DNA of 64,000 bases from Promethearchaeota archaeon (GCA_016839555.1 JAEOUA010000008.1:64001-128000); one strand, 5' to 3'. Counted from the first letter of the stretch, positions 9,667-20,054 are shown. Notes: generated from the letters alone by a model not told the origin. A program made the numbers and translations.

Positions 9667-9960
9667 GGGAGAAATGATCTTTAAATAAAATAATTAAGAG
9701 TTATTTCCAAAATAAGTTAACACAAATAAAATAATAACCCACATATAACGGTTTAGATATGTGAGGTATAGTATCTGGTTTTAATTAGAGAAATATTATT
9801 TCCCAAGTTCTCTTTAAATTATAATGGAATTAAACAAAATATTTCTGGATGTATTAATTAAGAAGTTGATTATCTATGTTGAATATAATAAAAAAATTAA
9901 AAAACAATAACTTTATTAATTTTAAAAAAGCAAGAAAGGAATATAATAAAAAATAAAAAA

Positions 9961-10122
9961 TTAGTCTTCATCTTCTTTAAGTTTCACAAGGTCTCTCTGT
10001 ATTCCAACTTCCCTGTTGTAAGGCAAGGGTGTACCGCAATTATCTCGCTTACGTTCGTTTTCTCGAAAAGCTTCATCTATCATTTCATCTAATTCTTCAT
10101 CCGAAATTTCTTTTTCACTCAT
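9961..10122 (-). CDS. Small acidic hypothetical protein (53 aa), not in ORF track
   Basis: MSEKEISDEELDEMIDEAFRENERKRDNCGTPLPYNREVGIQRDLVKLKEDED*; GC higher than flanks; followed by T-rich tract. Confidence 0.65.
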   Translation of the reverse strand: MSEKEISDEELDEMIDEAFRENERKRDNCGTPLPYNREVGIQRDLVKLKEDED

Positions 10123-10343
10123 ATTTATTAAAACATCAAGAAAGAATTTAAAAATTTAGATTATGAAATATTTATTTCTTAGAGTAGATTGCTTTTCTTA
10201 AAAAGTAAATTGTTTTAATAATTTATTTCTTATTGAACTTTTTGTTTATTACCATAAGGCATTTTAAAATTAACAATTTAAGAGATTATTATAGAAAAGT
10301 AATTGAATTAGAAAAAAAAGAAATAAAATAAATACTATAGTTT

Positions 10344-10724
10344 TTAATCATAAAATTTATTCATATATTCCAATACGGCTTCTTCTTTTTCGACCGGGCG
10401 TCTTTCGGGAATTTGAAGGAACTTTTCTTCATGCATTTCATAGAAATCTGGATTTAAAAATAAATTGCAATAACAAGTACCATATTCTTTTATATCAGGA
10501 GGAGCATACTCACAGGGGCAAATAAGATCTCTTTCTAATTCCCTTTTACCGCATGCAAATCTACAAGGACATGATTGATACCCATAGCGTTTTTTATTTT
10601 TCACAAGACCTTCAATTAAATCATTTAAGGTTTGTTTATCCTTTTGTAGGATCCAATTATTCCTTTCACAGATCTTTTTACAATACTCCATCATTCCTTC
10701 TTTAGTTTCCATATCTAAAGTCAT
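10344..10724 (-). CDS. Ferredoxin:thioredoxin reductase catalytic subunit family
   Basis: CPC...CPC...CYC motifs; likely start ATG at 10724, just after the glutaredoxin stop. Confidence 0.92.
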   Translation of the reverse strand: MTLDMETKEGMMEYCKKICERNNWILQKDKQTLNDLIEGLVKNKKRYGYQSCPCRFACGKRELERDLICPCEYAPPDIKEYGTCYCNLFLNPDFYEMHEEKFLQIPERRPVEKEEAVLEYMNKFYD

Positions 10725-10725
10725 T

Positions 10726-11049
10726 TTAATCATCCTCCCTAAATATCTCATCATATTTGTTAGGATCATACCCAACTATAAATTTATCATCACAAATTAA
10801 AAAGGGATAAGATATTCTTTCTTGATAATTTTCTTTTAGAAAATTTAAAATTTTCATTTTTTCTTGAGGATCTATTTGATCTACATCGATATATCTATAT
10901 TTCACATTTTTATCCTTTAAATATCTCTTACATTTCTTACACCATTGACATGTACTAAGAGTAAATGCCATCACATCTACACTTTCATTTTGACCTTCTT
11001 CTAATTTGGCAATTTTTTCTATAAATTCAGGGAATTTTTTTTTAGTCAT
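10726..11049 (-). CDS. Glutaredoxin family protein
   Basis: LSTCQWCKK, SYP and VGYD motifs; GTG at 11058 looks like part of the SD site, ATG at 11049 likelier. Confidence 0.9.
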   Translation of the reverse strand: MTKKKFPEFIEKIAKLEEGQNESVDVMAFTLSTCQWCKKCKRYLKDKNVKYRYIDVDQIDPQEKMKILNFLKENYQERISYPFLICDDKFIVGYDPNKYDEIFREDD

Positions 11050-11130
11050 TTTTTTCACTTTAAAATCAATTTATCCTTATATTTTTTTAAAAAGTAGGAT
11101 TTGATATTATAAAACAAAATAATTAGATCA

Positions 11131-11139
11131 TCTAATAAG
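11131..11139. promoter_or_regulatory. TCTAATAAG motif copy, upstream of Grx-FTR
   Basis: Same 9-mer at 16989, 18627 (reverse strand) and 23143; here part of the dyad ATTAGA-TCA-TCTAAT. Confidence 0.45.
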
Positions 11140-11239
11140 GTAAAACACATAAATTAATTATATCTACCATTTATAATTTATATATAATTTTTAATAGCTT
11201 ATTATAATAAGATTGCTTTCAAATTTCTAATAATAAACT

Positions 11240-12277
11240 ATGCCTCAAGAACAAGCATTATGTATAATATACTTTGATGCAATTATAGGTCCCAATATTT
11301 TTTATTGTAATAAAAATTTATCTGAAGAGGGAAAGCGTCCAAATTTCGAGCGACTTCTTGAATTCAGTGATGGAGAAGGTACCTTTATCTATGCGTTTCA
11401 AAAATATCAAACAATAAACCATACTTTTTATCTGACAAGTCCTTATGCACGAGGAGGAAAAGAAATCCTTATGATTTCTTATTTAATTAAGGCGGCTTCC
11501 TTTAAAAATGAAATTTCAGATGTTTTTAATTATTTACAATCTAAAACGCCTATTTTATTAGAGTTTGCGAATAAATTAAAAACTCTGGAAGATTTCCCAG
11601 AAGTTTTACATAAGAATATTAAAATGCATTTAAAGGAAAATCTTTTTAAATTGGGAAATTCAGAATTTCAAAAAAACTTTTTTTCATTATTTAATACTAT
11701 TTTTAATAAATTAGCTCAAATTATTCAATCGGATCTTATTCATCCTGATGAATCTATTAAAAAAGTGTTTATATTTGGAGCCGACCATGTCGGAAAAAAC
11801 AATTTTTTAAAAAATATTGAAATGATTCAATTAAATTTACAAAAAAATAAGGATATTCCAACTAAGATTTTTCAAGTGGTAATTGATAATCTGGAAATTT
11901 TGAAGGAAGAGTGTATAAAAGCCGGCTTAAAATGTGATCAATGTGAATTAAATAATCGATGTATTAATTATGCTGAAGGATTTATAGTTATATTTGATAT
12001 CTCTAATAAATCATCAATTATTGAAGCTAAAGAACGATTTAATATTATTATCAGTAAATTATGCCAGCGAACACCAATAACTAAAATCCCGATGTTACTA
12101 ATTGGGAATAAATTCAATTACCATGAAGAGTTCTCTTCTAAAATCATCTATAAGACTTTTCAAACAAAACAAGCAAAAAAATGTGCTATTGATATTCAAT
12201 ATTTTACTATGGATCTCTCAAAAGATAATGAGAAAGTTCTCGATTCTTTACGATGGTTAATTAGAAAAATGATATAA
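11240..12277 (+). CDS. Longin/uDENN-like domain fused to a degenerate Ras-superfamily small GTPase domain
   Basis: N-terminal IIYFDAIIGPNIFY; C-terminal KVFIFGADHVGKN (G1-like), GFIVIFDIS, LLIGNKFN (G4-like). Confidence 0.7.
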   Translation: MPQEQALCIIYFDAIIGPNIFYCNKNLSEEGKRPNFERLLEFSDGEGTFIYAFQKYQTINHTFYLTSPYARGGKEILMISYLIKAASFKNEISDVFNYLQSKTPILLEFANKLKTLEDFPEVLHKNIKMHLKENLFKLGNSEFQKNFFSLFNTIFNKLAQIIQSDLIHPDESIKKVFIFGADHVGKNNFLKNIEMIQLNLQKNKDIPTKIFQVVIDNLEILKEECIKAGLKCDQCELNNRCINYAEGFIVIFDISNKSSIIEAKERFNIIISKLCQRTPITKIPMLLIGNKFNYHEEFSSKIIYKTFQTKQAKKCAIDIQYFTMDLSKDNEKVLDSLRWLIRKMI

Positions 12278-12373
12278 CTTCAATTTAATGGAATTTTGTA
12301 AATATCAAACCTTTAAATGCATATAAATAGCAATTTAATGATATATATAAAGCATTAGAGAATAAAAAAAAGC

Positions 12374-13165
12374 ATGAGAGAATCCAATACTTTACTAGCT
12401 AAAGGAGAGGTTGAAAAAGATGTGATACTTATTGGGGGTGAAGATCATCCTTTAGTAAAAAAATTAAGTAAAGAGATAATGAATTTTTCCCTTATCCGTA
12501 AAAATAAGGGGTTTTACTCTTTTAAATGTATATCTGATAATGCAAAGCTCCAATTTACAATGGTTATAACAGGAATAGGATCATCTTGTACAGAAATAGC
12601 TTTCAATGAATTAGCAAAATGTGGAGCACGTGTTTTTATTCGTGCCGGAACAAGCGGCGCGCTTAAGAAGGATCTTGATTTAGAAAGCGTCGTTATCACT
12701 AAGAACGCTTTGCGTTTAGATGGTGTGAGTGATTTATATGTTGATACTAAATTTAGAGCTGAAGCTAATAATTCTATTATTAACGCATTAATAGAAGCTG
12801 CAAACATATTAAATATTAAATATAGAATAGGTATTACTTTAACTAGCTCTAGCTTTTATGCTGTTGGAGGTAAATTTTTAGAAGATAAAGTAAAATTTGA
12901 CGGTTATTCTGCCAATTCTCTTTTTAAACCGCCAGGATTTGAGGTTCTTGAAAAAGTATTAACACTAAAAAATGTTTTAAACATTGATATGGAAACAGCT
13001 ACCTTATTAGTCCTTTCAAGATTAAATGAAATCAAAAGTGGGTCTGTTTGTGGTATTTCTAATTATATACCTTGGAAAAAAGAAGAGCAAATAAAACATA
13101 CAGAAAAGAGCCTAAATAATGCAATATCAATTGCAGTTAAAGCTATTGAACTAATTAACACATGA
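12374..13165 (+). CDS. Nucleoside phosphorylase (uridine phosphorylase / PNP_UDP_1 family)
   Basis: TGIG, EL..CGA..FIRAGTSG, R.DG.S, NIDMETATL. Confidence 0.85.
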   Translation: MRESNTLLAKGEVEKDVILIGGEDHPLVKKLSKEIMNFSLIRKNKGFYSFKCISDNAKLQFTMVITGIGSSCTEIAFNELAKCGARVFIRAGTSGALKKDLDLESVVITKNALRLDGVSDLYVDTKFRAEANNSIINALIEAANILNIKYRIGITLTSSSFYAVGGKFLEDKVKFDGYSANSLFKPPGFEVLEKVLTLKNVLNIDMETATLLVLSRLNEIKSGSVCGISNYIPWKKEEQIKHTEKSLNNAISIAVKAIELINT

Positions 13166-13187
13166 TTTAGTTTATAAATTTTATTGA

Positions 13188-13532
13188 ATGAAAACACTTA
13201 AAAGGACATTTATCATTTTACTTTTTACACCTGAAAATAGTAATTTCTTCCAATACGATATAAATTCATGGTTTTGGATATTATTTTTAGGAGTTATATC
13301 TACAGGCTTTGGGCAATATATTTTTTTTGTGGGTGTAAAAGATATTGAAGTCTCAAAAGGGATATCATTAGCCTTTCTAAAACCAATTTTTACCACATTA
13401 CTCGCATTCTTAATTTTACAAGAAAAACCTACTATAGCGCTTTTTATATCAATTGGGATGGTTGCTTCTTCAGTCTTATTAATAAATAAAAACTCAGCAA
13501 ATTTAAAGAAATCTTTTCTACTTAAAAAATGA
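13188..13532 (+). pseudogene. C-terminal fragment of an EamA/DMT transporter
   Basis: LFLGVISTGFGQ...FLKPIFTTLLAFLILQEKPT is the end of an EamA repeat; only about 3 TM helices present. Confidence 0.6.
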
Positions 13533-13621
13533 ATATAGGATTTAATGAGTAAAAATTTACTATTCATTTATATTTCAAAAACCAAATATTTTTTATTTGT
13601 TTATATAATTATGTATTAATC

Positions 13622-13915
13622 ATGACCGAAATGAAATTACCGATAATTATCACAAAAAAAGGTTGCCATCGCTGCGCTGAATTGAAAGAATGGTTAAATG
13701 AGAATAACGTCAAACATGTTGAAGAAGATATTGAAAATGAGGAATTTGTGGAACAGCTAGTGCAAGATGAAAATTTCCTTCAAACGTTTTGCGATGTAGA
13801 TGGCTGTATTGTAAATACTCCTGTAGTAATTAAAAATGGAAAATATTATTTTAAAGAGCTCTGGGGCATCTCTGGCTTACGAAAAGAAGAAGCAAAAGAA
13901 TTATTTTTAAATTAA
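13622..13915 (+). CDS. Glutaredoxin-like protein
   Basis: GCHRC active site, NTP cis-Pro motif, extra CDVDGC pair. Confidence 0.8.
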   Translation: MTEMKLPIIITKKGCHRCAELKEWLNENNVKHVEEDIENEEFVEQLVQDENFLQTFCDVDGCIVNTPVVIKNGKYYFKELWGISGLRKEEAKELFLN

Positions 13916-13946
13916 GCTTTTTTTTATTTTAATTCTATACTATTTT

Positions 13947-14690
13947 TTAGATTTCTTCCTCTTTTATCAGTAAATTTTCTAACCATTTTGGGAGTATAAA
14001 TCCTAAATAATATGATACTGCACTTGCTATCAAGATTGATCTTACGATTACAAGAAGAATTGGATTGAGTGGAAAAACGGCATCCATAATGGCACCCACT
14101 GTAAATAATATGAATGCTAATAATAGCAATTTTCCCTTCCAACGTACTTTTTCTTTTTCTGATAGCATAGATTCTTTAGCAAAGAGAATTCCTGTAATTA
14201 AGGCAGTGATAATAGCAAATACTTGAAAAATTAAAATAAATATGCTGGGTTGAAAAAAGAAGATTCCTTTAATTTCCCCAACTAGATTATAATCCGTGAA
14301 AAGAAAACCTAACAATAGGATCTCAAAGAGGATGTAAATTAAAATATATATTATTATAATTATTTTGCTCTTTCTCGGTAATATCATTGGAATTGTAAAC
14401 CACACCCAACATACAATTGCGATTGGAATAAACGCATTTCCAATAAAAAAATAAGTAAATGTATCTAAGGGATTTTTAAATAAGAGAATTGATAAAAATG
14501 AAAACCCAGAGCCAAACCACCCACTACTCATAAATATCCAAGTAAATCCAACAAGTAGAAAACTTATATCCTTAACCTGAAAATATCTTAATAAAATTCT
14601 AATACCTAAAAAAATTGAAAAAAGTATAAAAATTAAGGTAAATGTGCCATGGAGTATTTCTATAGGGGATAAATCATTTAAAGTTATCAT
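13947..14690 (-). CDS. Hypothetical integral membrane protein, about 7 TM helices
   Basis: Seven hydrophobic segments by eye; no soluble domain. Confidence 0.75.
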   Translation of the reverse strand: MITLNDLSPIEILHGTFTLIFILFSIFLGIRILLRYFQVKDISFLLVGFTWIFMSSGWFGSGFSFLSILLFKNPLDTFTYFFIGNAFIPIAIVCWVWFTIPMILPRKSKIIIIIYILIYILFEILLLGFLFTDYNLVGEIKGIFFFQPSIFILIFQVFAIITALITGILFAKESMLSEKEKVRWKGKLLLLAFILFTVGAIMDAVFPLNPILLVIVRSILIASAVSYYLGFILPKWLENLLIKEEEI

Positions 14691-14933
14691 TTTCTTTTAT
14701 CACATTAAAATAATATTTTTAATTATATATGAAGGGATGGAGATATATAAAATTAAGGTTTGAATATGAGGATTGAAATAAGGATTTGATTGTTTTATAT
14801 TTTAACAAAACAAAAAATTTATAGATATTATTTTACTGAGAATGAATAAATAGTGGCTAAATATTTGAAAGGCATTCTAAATTATTCTTTTTTTAGAATT
14901 TAAATTCTTGAAATAGTTTTAATACATAATTAT

Positions 14934-15548
14934 TCATTTGAAATCCATACTATTTTTTAAATCTCCCATTCTTTTTATTACTTTTCTTATCGCTCTTAGG
15001 CCTTCTCCATCCTTTTCCACACCCTCTTTACCCTCATCCTTGCTCCATAAGGCCGCGCCAAGATTGGCCCCAAAAGCACCACCGGAAACAGAAATAACAT
15101 GGTTTTGTTGATAAAAGTCTAAGATACTTCTTATTGCAATTTCCTGACCACCATTTCTATCTCCGCCCACTGCTAATGCCATCCCGATTTTATTCATGAA
15201 TACAGTTGGATTTTTTGCCACTAAAGCTCGACATCTATCCATTACCGCTTTAATTTGAGCTGAAAGCGTTCCTTGAAACACCGGAGTTCCGAAAATAAGG
15301 AGTTGAGCTTGTTCTAATTTTGGATATAATTCCTGTAAATCATCCTTATGAATACAACCTTTTTTTTCTCTAATACAATAATCGCAGTGAATACAAAATT
15401 TAATTTCTTTTGCTCGAACCGTCCAAAATTCCGTTTCAAAATTAAATTTTTCAGCAGCATAGTTAAGGGCATATTTTACCGCAAATTCGGTCCCTTGATT
15501 TCTAGGGCTCCCGCAAATACCTAACAATAAATTCTTATTTATACTCAT
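14934..15548 (-). CDS. Iron-sulfur flavoprotein (Isf) / NADPH-dependent FMN reductase family
   Basis: GSPR, CIHCDYC-x5-C, GTPVF, MDR, RNGGQE. Confidence 0.92.
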   Translation of the reverse strand: MSINKNLLLGICGSPRNQGTEFAVKYALNYAAEKFNFETEFWTVRAKEIKFCIHCDYCIREKKGCIHKDDLQELYPKLEQAQLLIFGTPVFQGTLSAQIKAVMDRCRALVAKNPTVFMNKIGMALAVGGDRNGGQEIAIRSILDFYQQNHVISVSGGAFGANLGAALWSKDEGKEGVEKDGEGLRAIRKVIKRMGDLKNSMDFK

Positions 15549-15647
15549 AAAACCTAATAATATATGTTTTTTATTATATTAATCCTAATTAGAATTATAA
15601 ACTTTAAATTAAATAATTATTAATACCTATAATTCTCTTTAATAACT

Positions 15648-16301
15648 TTGAGCTCCGAAATCTCTACAATTGCAACCGTTAAAATAAAATTTCCAGATGA
15701 TATCTGGATTTCAGCAATTTTTAGAAAATTTTATGATATTAAAATGGAAATTTTATATTTTTTACCTTATGATTTTGAGGAATCTATTGGAAATGCCATT
15801 ATTGAATTAATGCATTACGATCTTGATTCTATAATTGAAGAAATAGAAAAACATCCCTCAGTTTATGAATTTCATTTAGTTGATAAGGGAGATAATAAGA
15901 TTAAATTTAACGTGAAAACAAAAGATCCCTATTTGCTTTATGCTGTGATTAAATGCGGAGTACTTGTAGATTTTCCAGTTAAAATCGAAGATGGCTATGC
16001 TTACTGGGATTTAATATCTACTCGTAAAAGCATTGATCAGCTGCTATCCTTATTTGATGAAGAGGGCGTCAAGTATGAACTATTAAGAATTGGAAACTCA
16101 GACCTTAATTTAGAGGATGGTAAATATGAGCTTAGTTTGGATGAAATAAAGTTATTAGAGACTGCGATTAGGAGAGGATTTTTTGATGTGCCACGAAAAA
16201 TATCGCTTGAAGAATTAGGATTTTTACTAAATAAATCAAAATCAACGTTATCTGTTCAGCTAAGAAAAATAATCAAAAAAAAAGTATTGGCAAATCCTTA
16301 A
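15648..16301 (+). CDS. Bat-type (HTH_10) transcriptional regulator
   Basis: C-terminal LETAIRRGFFDVPRKISLEELG...KSTLSVQLRK. Confidence 0.88.
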   Translation: MSSEISTIATVKIKFPDDIWISAIFRKFYDIKMEILYFLPYDFEESIGNAIIELMHYDLDSIIEEIEKHPSVYEFHLVDKGDNKIKFNVKTKDPYLLYAVIKCGVLVDFPVKIEDGYAYWDLISTRKSIDQLLSLFDEEGVKYELLRIGNSDLNLEDGKYELSLDEIKLLETAIRRGFFDVPRKISLEELGFLLNKSKSTLSVQLRKIIKKKVLANP

Positions 16302-16361
16302 ACTTTGTTAGAAAAAAATAAAATTATCTATATGTTAATTATACCTTATTGAACTCTCTAA

Positions 16362-16907
16362 TTAATTGTTTAAAATTATTTCTTGAGAAAAAAAATTAGA
16401 TCTTTCAATAGTTCCTCTAATAGGACACATTTTTTCAGCTCGCTTTATTATTTTTTTTATTTTAGAAAGAGGTACTTCTGTTTTAATAAACCACTTAAAA
16501 TGAAAATCGTTTAATCCAGGAGGTTCCCTATTTTTAGGATTAATTATACCACGCATGTCAAATTTAGCAGAAAGTTCTAACTTGACATGCTCTACATTTA
16601 ATTTCATTACCGTAAAAAACATAACAACTGAGAGTAAAGAACAAGTTGCTAGAGAAGAAATAAGCATTTGCATGGGATTAGGCGCCTTATTGGATCCACC
16701 TAATTCCTCTCCCTCATCACATTCGAGCTGAAAACCTTCAATTTTGTTTTTTACGTGTAAATTATCAATTTGTTCTGTTTCTACGATAAGTTGCTTAATA
16801 AAAAATTGGTCTCCCTCCTTACTATTACCTAATTCTTTAAATTTTTTCATTTGACCTAAATATGCTTTAATGGTTCCTTTTGAAATTAATAAATTCTCTT
16901 CTTTCAT
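16362..16907 (-). CDS. OsmC family protein
   Basis: DEGEELGGSNKAPNP, LATC, MCPI. Confidence 0.9.
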   Translation of the reverse strand: MKEENLLISKGTIKAYLGQMKKFKELGNSKEGDQFFIKQLIVETEQIDNLHVKNKIEGFQLECDEGEELGGSNKAPNPMQMLISSLATCSLLSVVMFFTVMKLNVEHVKLELSAKFDMRGIINPKNREPPGLNDFHFKWFIKTEVPLSKIKKIIKRAEKMCPIRGTIERSNFFSQEIILNN

Positions 16908-16988
16908 AAAAAATCCACTCCAATGAATTTCCTCTGAGAATAATTAATAATATGCATATTTCTTATTTAAATCTATTTATATTCTCGT

Positions 16989-16997
16989 TCTAATAAG
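16989..16997. promoter_or_regulatory. TCTAATAAG motif copy in the osmC / oxidoreductase divergent spacer
   Basis: Within near-palindrome TTCTAATAAGAA, 7 nt upstream of a minus-strand TATAAATA. Confidence 0.45.
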
Positions 16998-17193
16998 AAT
17001 TAAGGATAAATTAGTCAGATTATCAAAATTCAGCTCTAAAATTCCTTAATTTTTTTTCCTTTTAATTAATTCACTCATATTTATTGAAAACACTACATCC
17101 CCTATTTTTTATTTCAAATGTCTTTAGTTAAGTAAATGCTATTCATAAAATATTATGATAAGTTTAAAATAATAATAATCTATTAAAAAAAAT

Positions 17194-18534
17194 ATGGAGA
17201 TTCATATAATCGGTAATAATGTAGCGGGCACTTTTACTGCACAGAATATTCGAAAACAAAATAAAGACGTAGAAATTCATATTTATTCGGAAGAGAATTA
17301 TAATTATTACACTAGGGTTAAACTCCCCGAAATAATCTCCGAAAAAAGGGATATTGACGATTTAATAGTTTTTAAGGAGGAATGGTACGAAAATAATCAG
17401 ATTAAAACTCATTTGAATACTAAAATAAAAAGTATCAATCCTGATATAAAATATATGGTAGTTAATGAGTCCGAAGAGCAAATTTCTTATAATAAGTTGA
17501 TTCTTGCAGTTGGTTCTCACCCAAACGAGCCTCCTATAAATAATGCAAGAGAGCGGTTGGGTAATGGAGTTTTTACCTTAAGAAATATTAATGATGCATT
17601 AAAAATTCGCCGATTTATAAAAGAGAATAATTGTAAAAAAGCAATTATAATCGGAGGAGGCCTCTTAGGATTAGAATTATCAAAACAAATAAAAAATTGC
17701 GGTTTAGATACAAGAGTAGTCGAATTTTTTCCACGATTACTGCCTCGACAATTAGATATCGATTGTGCAAATATGCTTAAAAAAGAGGTAGAGGATATGG
17801 GGATAGAAATAGAATTAGATGCAAAAACTGAAAAAATTTTGGCTAATAATACAATAGAAGGTATATTATTAAAAAATGGCGATAAATATGAAGCAGACAT
17901 CATTTTTATACAAGCGGGTGTAAGGTCTAATATTGAACTCGCTAAAGAGGCGGAAATTAGCGTAAACAATGGGATAATAGTGAATAAATATCTGGAAACT
18001 AGTAAAAAAGATATATATGCTGTGGGGGATTGCATTGAATTTAATAATCAAACGTGGGGAATTATTCCAGCATGTATAGAACAAGCGGAAATTGTTGCCT
18101 CTTCAGTTTTAGGCAAAAATAAAAAAGAATATAAAGGAACTACTCCTAAAACAACCTTAAAAATTGTGGGAATTGATCTTACCTCCGTGGGAGTTTATGA
18201 TCCTGAAGAAGTCGGGGGAGGCTGGGAAATTTTAAAAAAAGCTGATAAATCGAGCAATTGTTATCAAAAAATTGTTTTAAAAGATAATAAACTCAAGGGG
18301 GCGATTCTTTTTGGGAAAAAAGATGGGGTGTCTTTTGTAAATAAAAATATTGAATCAGAAGTATCCATAGAAGATATTAGAAAAGCTATTGATGCTTATA
18401 TTTATAAATGTGAAAATTGCGGTGCGGAGTATGATGAGGTTAAAAAAGGTATTGCTTTTCAAGATTTACCAGAAAATTGGAAATGTCCTCAGTGCGGATC
18501 TCCCAAAAAGGAATTTAAAAAGATAGAGCAATAA
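17194..18534 (+). CDS. FAD-dependent NAD(P)H oxidoreductase (NROR/NirB-like) with C-terminal rubredoxin domain
   Basis: [22 protein letters not shown]; C-terminal YKCENCG..YD...[14 protein letters not shown]. Confidence 0.92.
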   Translation: MEIHIIGNNVAGTFTAQNIRKQNKDVEIHIYSEENYNYYTRVKLPEIISEKRDIDDLIVFKEEWYENNQIKTHLNTKIKSINPDIKYMVVNESEEQISYNKLILAVGSHPNEPPINNARERLGNGVFTLRNINDALKIRRFIKENNCKKAIIIGGGLLGLELSKQIKNCGLDTRVVEFFPRLLPRQLDIDCANMLKKEVEDMGIEIELDAKTEKILANNTIEGILLKNGDKYEADIIFIQAGVRSNIELAKEAEISVNNGIIVNKYLETSKKDIYAVGDCIEFNNQTWGIIPACIEQAEIVASSVLGKNKKEYKGTTPKTTLKIVGIDLTSVGVYDPEEVGGGWEILKKADKSSNCYQKIVLKDNKLKGAILFGKKDGVSFVNKNIESEVSIEDIRKAIDAYIYKCENCGAEYDEVKKGIAFQDLPENWKCPQCGSPKKEFKKIEQ

Positions 18535-18815
18535 TAGAGTAATTTAATTATTCTATATTTATGAATAACGCTGTATTCTATTTGTAATCTAAAAAAAGAA
18601 TTTATTTTTTATTTTATTCTATTTTTCTTATTAGAGCGATATCAATCAGAAGATAAAATAAATAGATCGTTTGTTTTTCATTTCTTATTAAAATATGATA
18701 ATCTTTTATTTTTTATTATGAATAAATTTAAAACATTTACAAAAAAATTACATATATAGATTGAAATTTCAATATTCATATAATATAAAAAAAATCAAAA
18801 GAGATTGTAATAAAC

Positions 18816-20054
18816 ATGAAGGCTATACAATTAGCTGAGGGTATTCATTGGATAGGAGCCAATATTTCAACAAATGATCTTTTTGAAGGAATATGGCCGA
18901 TCCCAGATGGAGTGACTCTTAATTCTTATCTTGTTCAAGGTGATAAACTTGCTGTAATTGATTTAGTAAGAGATTGGGGTGGTGCGCCCACTTATCTACT
19001 ATCTCAAATGGAATCTGTAGGTGTTAAACCAAAGGACATTGATTATGTGATTTTAAATCATTTAGAACCGGATCATACAGGTTGGTTGGATATGATCCAC
19101 TTGATTTCAGGAGAAGCGAAAATCCTTACTACCGAAAAAGGAGCGGAAATGGCGAAAGCATTGTATAAAGTAAAAGATGAAGATATTAATATCGTGAAGT
19201 CAGGGGATACGTTGGATTTGGGTCAAGGAAAAATACTGGCTTTCGAAGAGATTCCTCATGTGCATTGGCCGGAAACAATGGTCACATATGAGACGAGCTC
19301 AAAGACTTTATTTTCTTGTGATGCATTTGGTTCTTTTGGCGCTCTGAAAGGCTCAATCTTCGATGATGAGGTTCCAAAAGCTGATTTTAAATATTATGAA
19401 GAAGAAACGCTCAGATATTATGCAAACATAGTAGGTCCCTTTTCTGGTCCAGTTTTAAAGGCATTAGAAAAAGTAGATTCACTAGAAATCAATACAATTG
19501 CGCCCTCCCACGGACTCATCTGGCGCAAAGAACCCCAATATATTATTGAACAATACCGTGCGTATGCAAATTATAGCAAAAATTATGCGGAGCCAGAAAT
19601 AACTTTTATATGGGGAAGTATGTATGGAAATACAGAACATATGGTCCGTGCTGTATTAAAAGGTATAGCGAAAGAAGAAGTTCCAGTACATATTTTCCAT
19701 GTTCCCGAAGATGATGTGTCTTATATTTTAGGTCAAGCGTGGAAAAGCGCGGGTTTAGTGTTTGGAATGCCCACCTATGAATATAAAATGTTTCCGCCTA
19801 TGCGATATGTGGTCGACCTATTGGCTCAAAAACAAGCTCGGTATAAAAAAGTTCTTAGATTCGGCTCATTTGGATGGAGTGGAGGTGCGGAACGGGAGTT
19901 TACAGAGAAGATTGAACGGTTAAATTGGGACTTGCTTGAGTCTTTCGATTTTAAAGGCGCACCCACTGAAGAGGATTTAAATAAAGGAATTCAATTAGGT
20001 CAAGAATTAGCAAAACAAGTAAAAACAATCCCAAGAAAATTTAATCCAAAATAA
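18816..20054 (+). CDS. fprA: Flavodiiron protein (A-type flavoprotein; O2/NO reductase)
   Basis: HLEPDH, HWPE, SCDAFG, PSHG, SMYGNT, SFGWSGG. Confidence 0.95.
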   Translation: MKAIQLAEGIHWIGANISTNDLFEGIWPIPDGVTLNSYLVQGDKLAVIDLVRDWGGAPTYLLSQMESVGVKPKDIDYVILNHLEPDHTGWLDMIHLISGEAKILTTEKGAEMAKALYKVKDEDINIVKSGDTLDLGQGKILAFEEIPHVHWPETMVTYETSSKTLFSCDAFGSFGALKGSIFDDEVPKADFKYYEEETLRYYANIVGPFSGPVLKALEKVDSLEINTIAPSHGLIWRKEPQYIIEQYRAYANYSKNYAEPEITFIWGSMYGNTEHMVRAVLKGIAKEEVPVHIFHVPEDDVSYILGQAWKSAGLVFGMPTYEYKMFPPMRYVVDLLAQKQARYKKVLRFGSFGWSGGAEREFTEKIERLNWDLLESFDFKGAPTEEDLNKGIQLGQELAKQVKTIPRKFNPK

